DNA of 63,383 nucleotides, filler included, from Octopus bimaculoides (Eukaryota), in assembly GCF_001194135.2 (NCBI RefSeq). It is 6 parts of 5 records of this genome, joined end to end, with 100 filler letters (N's around TTAATTAATTAA, not from the genome) between each part and the next. Parts side by side here need not be neighbours in the genome. Positions count along the whole stretch, not along the records: positions 58,175 to 63,383 come from NC_069009.1; 5 more parts are not named here. The stretch is one strand, 5' to 3'. This document shows, one piece after another, positions 63,190-63,383 of this stretch (position 1 is the first letter of the stretch; every line of letters begins with the position of its first letter). Both the position numbers and the translations under genes were made by a program. The notes below the pieces were generated by a model. It made no database searches and was not told the origin of the DNA. It was given only the letters and a program-made list of their open reading frames with translations.

Positions 63190-63383
63190 ATGTGTCTGTT
63201 TCTCTCCCATCACCACTTGATGAGTATTAGTGTATTTATATCCCCATAACTTAGTGGTTCAGTAAAGTGACCAATAGAATAAGTATTAGGCTTCAAAAAC
63301 ATTAAAAATAAAAACTGGGACCAATTCATTTGACTAAAAGTTCTCCAAACTGGTACTCCAACATGGCTGCAGTCTAATGATTG
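63190..63383 (+). mobile_element. CORE SINE 3' half, CpG-decayed, runs off window
   Basis: CCCATAACTTAGTGGTTCAG...AGAATAAGTATTAGGC...CATGGCTGCAGTC. Confidence 0.7.

Overview
AT-rich, microsatellite- and transposon-saturated animal DNA, most likely an octopus genome (inferred from abundant tRNA-derived CORE SINEs resembling octopus OR-type SINEs). It reads as a long intronic or intergenic region with no complete protein-coding gene. Five identical artificial linkers (N44-TTAATTAATTAA-N44) split it into six separately assembled blocks, so adjacency across them is unproven. Recognisable content: two decayed L1/Tx1-clade LINE copies head-to-tail (one with an inverted ORF1 segment and a 153-bp perfect palindrome); CR1, RTE and R4/Dong LINE fragments; four Tc1/mariner remnants; a hAT-type MITE; at least three SINE families; and a few candidate host exons (best: 75 nt at 26714-26788). 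The most interesting signal is repeated type I hammerhead-ribozyme-like motifs of the Penelope type. The best case is a 517-bp unit (20564-21080) with a 13-bp target-site duplication, inverted hammerhead-bearing arms and a central tRNA-derived Pol III promoter, i.e. a candidate ribozyme-bearing SINE/retrozyme hybrid. A second family with inverted hammerhead arms lies at 42.1 kb, with further copies at 14.5, 36.5, 62.2 and 62.6 kb. The last block (58.2-63.4 kb) shows strong CpG-specific decay, suggesting a methylated gene body. Nearly all long ORFs in the supplied track are microsatellite or N-gap artefacts.
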